Shown piece by piece: positions 22,001 to 24,471 of a stretch of DNA of 24,471 bases. Both the position numbers and the translations under genes were made by a program. Origin of the DNA: a virus (taxonomy: Duplodnaviria; Caudoviricetes). The notes beneath the pieces are model-generated. The model was not told the DNA's origin, ran no database searches, and saw nothing but the letters and a program-made list of their open reading frames with translations. Where the stretch lies: positions 1-24,471 of the IMG/VR virus record IMGVR_UViG_3300031949_000149; one strand, 5' to 3'. The stretch's first letter is position 1. Each line of letters begins with the position of its first letter.

Positions 22001-24471
22001 GAGACGGCAACCTGCCGGAGAGCCTGCGCTCTCGTGACTACCGAGACGATGTAGACCTGGAAGGCGTCTCCGTGCTGGGCCTGATAGAACCGGGAGGCGC
22101 GTCATCGCAGAGCGACGGTACGTTCGCGGCGTTCAACCGTGGTCGGAATCGGGTCGTTGTCGCCGGCTGGCTTAGCCACAAGACCGGGCCGGACGGCGAG
22201 CCCTTACTTCTAGGTGCAGTCGAGGTGCCGCAAGCGAAGCTGCAAGCCCTGCGTCCGCGCCGCAGCGAGCGCGGATTCGTGTCACTCTTCCAAGGCGACG
22301 CCCGCGGCTCCGTCTCCTTCGACCCCGAGCTGCGCGACGTGACGATGCGGCTCGCCGCCTCGCGCGACCTCTCGACCTTCCTGCACGAGGGCGGCCACCT
22401 CTGGCTGGCACGCCTCCAGAAGCTCGCGACGCGCGCAGGCGCGACGCCCGAGATCGCCGCCGACTGGCAGCGCGCGCGCGCGTGGCTCGGCGCTGCCGAT
22501 GGCGAGGCGCTCACGACCGAGCAGCTCGAGCAGTGGGCGCGCGGCGTCGAGGCGTACCTCCGCGAAGGGAAGGCGCCGAGCCTGGAGCTGCGCGAGCTGT
22601 TCTCGCGCTTCCTCGTCTGGCTGACCGCGATCTACCGGAGCGCCTCGCAGCTCCGCGTCGAGCTGAACGACGATGTGCGCGGCGTCATGGACCGGCTGGT
22701 TGCGACCGACGCGCAGATGGCAGAGCTGGAGCGATCGCAGGAGATCACGCCGCTCGCTGGCGACCTCCTGGCCGAGCTGATGAGCGAGCCCGAGCGCGCG
22801 CGCTACGAGAAGGTGGCAGCGGCTGCGCGGCTCAAGGTGCGCGAGGCCCTCACCGCCGCCGCGCTCGCAGAGGTGCGCGCGCAGCAGACCGAGAGCTACG
22901 CGGCGGCCAAGGTGCGGCTCACGAAGGCGGTCGAGGCCGAGCTCCAGGTGCGGCCAGACGTCACCGCCCGCCACTGGCTCGTGACCGGCGAGTGGCTCTC
23001 GACGGTGCCGAAGCCGGACGACCTCGCGCACGGCAAGCTCAGCCGCGAGGTGCTCGCCGGCATGTACGGCGAGCAGGTCAAGAACATGCCGACCGGCGAG
23101 CACGGCTGGGTGGCGCTGAAGGGCGACGACTCGGCCTGGCATCCCGATCAGGTGGCCGAGCTGTTCGGCTTCGACAGCGGCCACGACCTGGTGACGAAGC
23201 TCCGCGGCCTCCCGGCTCGCGCGAAGACGCTGGAGCTGGAGGTGAAGGCGCGGCTCACGGCGGAGTTCGGTGACAAGGGCGCGGCGGCGGCCGAGGGCGC
23301 GGCGTCTGTGCTGGCCGACATCCCCGAGGTCGCCGAAATGGCGATGATCGAGGAGCTGGCCTTCGCGCGGAAGATCGGCGGCCAGAAGGCGACGCCACGG
23401 CAGGTGCTCGTGCAGGCCGCGCGCCGCATCGTCGCAGAGACGCAGGCGCGCGAGCTGGCGCCGCACAAGTACCGAGCTGCCGCCTCGCGCGCGGCGAAGA
23501 CGGCCGCCAAGGCGCTCGCCGCTAAGGACTACCAGACCGCGCAGCAGGCGAAGCGGCAGCAGGCGCTCTCGCTGCTGCTCGAGCACGAGGCACGGAAGGC
23601 GCGCGAGGAGGCCGACAGCGCCGGCGACTACTTCCGGAAGGTGCAGGAGGGCGCGACGCGGAAGATCATCGAGAAGGCGGGCGCGTCCTACGCCGGGCAG
23701 ATCGACGCGCTCCTCGGCCGCTTCAACCTCCGCAACGTGTCGATCCGCGCGACGCGCCGGCGCGAGAACCTCGCGACGTGGATCGCCGAGCACGAGGCGC
23801 AGGGTGAGGTGGTGCCGATCCCGGAGCGGATCCGGAACGAGGCCTTCAAGAAGAACTTCCGCGAGCTGACCGTCGGCGAGATCCGAGCGCTTCGCGAGAG
23901 CGTCCAGGCGATCGAGCACCTCGCCCGCAGCAAGGTCGAGTACGTGACGGCGCGCGAGAAGCGGCTCATGGAGGACGTGCGCGGCGAGCTGATCGATGGC
24001 GTCGAGGCGAACGTGCCGAAGGGTCTGGCTCCGCCTGGGCTTCCGGACTACAGCGACACGAAGATGGCAGCCGCGCGCCGCGGGCTATCGGGCATCGCAG
24101 CATCGCTCCAGAAGATCGAGTTTCTTGTCGACTGGCTCGACGGCGGCCGCCCGGATGGGCCGTGGCGGCGAGCCGTCTTCACGCCGATCGCAGCGGCAGA
24201 GGCGATGCGCAATGACCTCAACGTGAAGTATACGAAGGCGATCGCGGAGCTGATCGCGCCGCTGACGCGGAGCGGCGACTACACGACCCGGCTCGCCGTG
24301 CCCGAGCTTGGCGCCAACTTCACGCGCTCGGAGCTGCTCGCGATCGCGCTCAACCTCGGCAATGAGAGCAACCTCGCGAAGCTACTCGGTGGCACCGGCT
24401 GGATCGAGGGCCAAGTGCAGGCCGCGCTCGAGAAGCGGCTCTCGGCTGCCGACTGGAAATTTGTGCAGGGC
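19036..24471 (+). CDS. Giant ejection / polyvalent protein (gp16-like position), 3' end outside the window
   Basis: Not in the ORF track. GTGA overlap at 19036, and I found no stop in this frame up to the window end (1812 codons). Gly/Ala hydrophobic segments at about 19800-20390; STFLHEGGHLW (H at 22384) plus EQWARGVEAYLREGKAP zincin-like motif; helical C-terminal part (LAIALNLGNESNLAKL). Confidence 0.9.
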   Translation, partial: MSSGFASFLRERAATAGDEAVELGAEGRTTEAPATLPGLPAPPAPAARGGFGAFLRERSAGGVPQATRGALLLADPAGADAFAKDRALARRAGLPAIAIEGPQRAEFERQDALRQNLDALRDAPATTRFLADPENARLAAGSVAELTFQERWWRSWKAAGEQDSRQRRVTQLQRRSWMLNDLSDSEEEELRLLKGVETPDFGIGAEPVPAWIQALREGPTAGRGFGAAFEQLFRAGRLAARAPIEGRASLGSTLEGATGAGVGAAGGAGLALLAGVPVAREVAIGAAIGGIATSGSSEGAAAFDAMRDRGVSESLARKVAIPVGLISGAVEVGALAAIPGVRQIARGKLLDAVSRPLLQRVLADIVAGGLSEGAEEAVQELTQAGGQWIADVHEGRDPTVTFEAEIDGQPVTLTGWDALLAKVSLAAEHGALAGIAFGGATGGVQVGASLVQRAAAVSRAQKRGEAMTKVAEALDASKIAERAPDVMEAQAEAAIAQHGAPETVYVPVARLQELFQSAATDALTEFDTAIPGLRERVGESLVTGADVALPSKQLATLLRTALGKELLTDLRFDPGEMTAREAEAAAPEIEREVRGMLDAQDQEEAGADAIGRYVRRLDTALAESGAYDPTTASRMAQLEEANLRALGERAGLSPEEAVRELGQVKLEVEAPPRRRTLRELVLNETKPLALGEQPAGAPEPIPARIDRRRAAALLDEVRTGRKPEQEAMAHFPLLALLNRLGGVDPKSPVGGDLRSMGVTGRTVPGIFRKAGGRGALDDLVRSENPILATLPASPDTDYADHRAVLEAIREELAGRPVRTDEQTQAIVEAEIARESMAEEVDRLGLDLTRPDEELLQAIETEAIRQQAEPRESVPRETAPEGFELFQAGRESAAVKTPADIARSVLLSDPKRVSLLREALDLYALGKAAGDEYRDRYHEPVSKETGQRIFSELRPTEGEPWEIDLKESFLLEGLRGTVPEGGPKTVLAYRDGNLPESLRSRDYRDDVDLEGVSVLGLIEPGGASSQSDGTFAAFNRGRNRVVVAGWLSHKTGPDGEPLLLGAVEVPQAKLQALRPRRSERGFVSLFQGDARGSVSFDPELRDVTMRLAASRDLSTFLHEGGHLWLARLQKLATRAGATPEIAADWQRARAWLGAADGEALTTEQLEQWARGVEAYLREGKAPSLELRELFSRFLVWLTAIYRSASQLRVELNDDVRGVMDRLVATDAQMAELERSQEITPLAGDLLAELMSEPERARYEKVAAAARLKVREALTAAALAEVRAQQTESYAAAKVRLTKAVEAELQVRPDVTARHWLVTGEWLSTVPKPDDLAHGKLSREVLAGMYGEQVKNMPTGEHGWVALKGDDSAWHPDQVAELFGFDSGHDLVTKLRGLPARAKTLELEVKARLTAEFGDKGAAAAEGAASVLADIPEVAEMAMIEELAFARKIGGQKATPRQVLVQAARRIVAETQARELAPHKYRAAASRAAKTAAKALAAKDYQTAQQAKRQQALSLLLEHEARKAREEADSAGDYFRKVQEGATRKIIEKAGASYAGQIDALLGRFNLRNVSIRATRRRENLATWIAEHEAQGEVVPIPERIRNEAFKKNFRELTVGEIRALRESVQAIEHLARSKVEYVTAREKRLMEDVRGELIDGVEANVPKGLAPPGLPDYSDTKMAAARRGLSGIAASLQKIEFLVDWLDGGRPDGPWRRAVFTPIAAAEAMRNDLNVKYTKAIAELIAPLTRSGDYTTRLAVPELGANFTRSELLAIALNLGNESNLAKLLGGTGWIEGQVQAALEKRLSAADWKFVQG

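Larger units (their letters stand above)
1..24471. mobile_element. Temperate podovirus-type phage/prophage (partial)
   Basis: Continuous immunity, replication, packaging, head, short-tail and ejection gene order; no host genes seen. Confidence 0.92.

Noticed and set aside
21996-22048. CTACCGAGACG repeated twice (YRD x2)
   Set aside because: Short in-frame duplication with no further units.
6111-23919. Long antisense or alternative-frame ORFs (for example 6111-7610, 8082-9326, 10948-13143, 18861-20357, 22282-23919)
   Set aside because: Shadow ORFs expected in high-GC coding DNA; Arg/Ala-rich, no motifs, opposite well-supported genes.
1-24471. Diversity-generating retroelement, CRISPR array, tRNA, integrase/att, lysis genes, intein/intron, stop-codon recoding
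   Set aside because: No reverse transcriptase, long near-identical repeat pair, spacer array or cloverleaf seen. TerL, portal and capsid are of ordinary length and the genes tile under the standard code. Such elements could lie outside the window.
16797-24471. Lytic transglycosylase or other muralytic domain in the ejection proteins
   Set aside because: No recognisable ES..GLMQ or similar motif in the visible part; it may be in the missing C-terminus.

Overview
High-GC (roughly 70% by eye, not computed) segment of a temperate podovirus-type phage or prophage. It is cut at both ends, and no integrase, lysis or tail-fibre gene is visible. From left to right it contains: a divergent XRE repressor/Cro-like switch; two small antisense membrane-peptide genes; an early operon (Fis-like HTH, RusA, Zn-ribbon, replication initiator with an internal iteron-like origin, wHTH); a TerS-like gene separated from TerL by four small ORFs; and a BPP-1/epsilon15/T7-like virion module (portal, Bbp19-like, scaffold, major capsid, cement, adaptor, nozzle, GNAT/gp13-like, gp14-, gp15- and gp16-like ejection proteins). 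The last gene (19036 to the window end, >1812 aa) is absent from the ORF track because it has no stop in the window. The most interesting signals are: (1) a 200-aa cassette with foreign-looking codons, bounded by LFQ motifs, inside that ejection protein, with an R-S-E ADP-ribosyltransferase-like signature next to an HExxH domain; (2) an exact 20-bp intergenic repeat that looks like a phage-specific, leaderless late promoter; (3) a two-hairpin RNA element whose loop can pair with the downstream RBS; (4) three virion proteins starting Met-Cys alongside a GNAT gene. All protein calls come from motif recognition and synteny; no searches were run.
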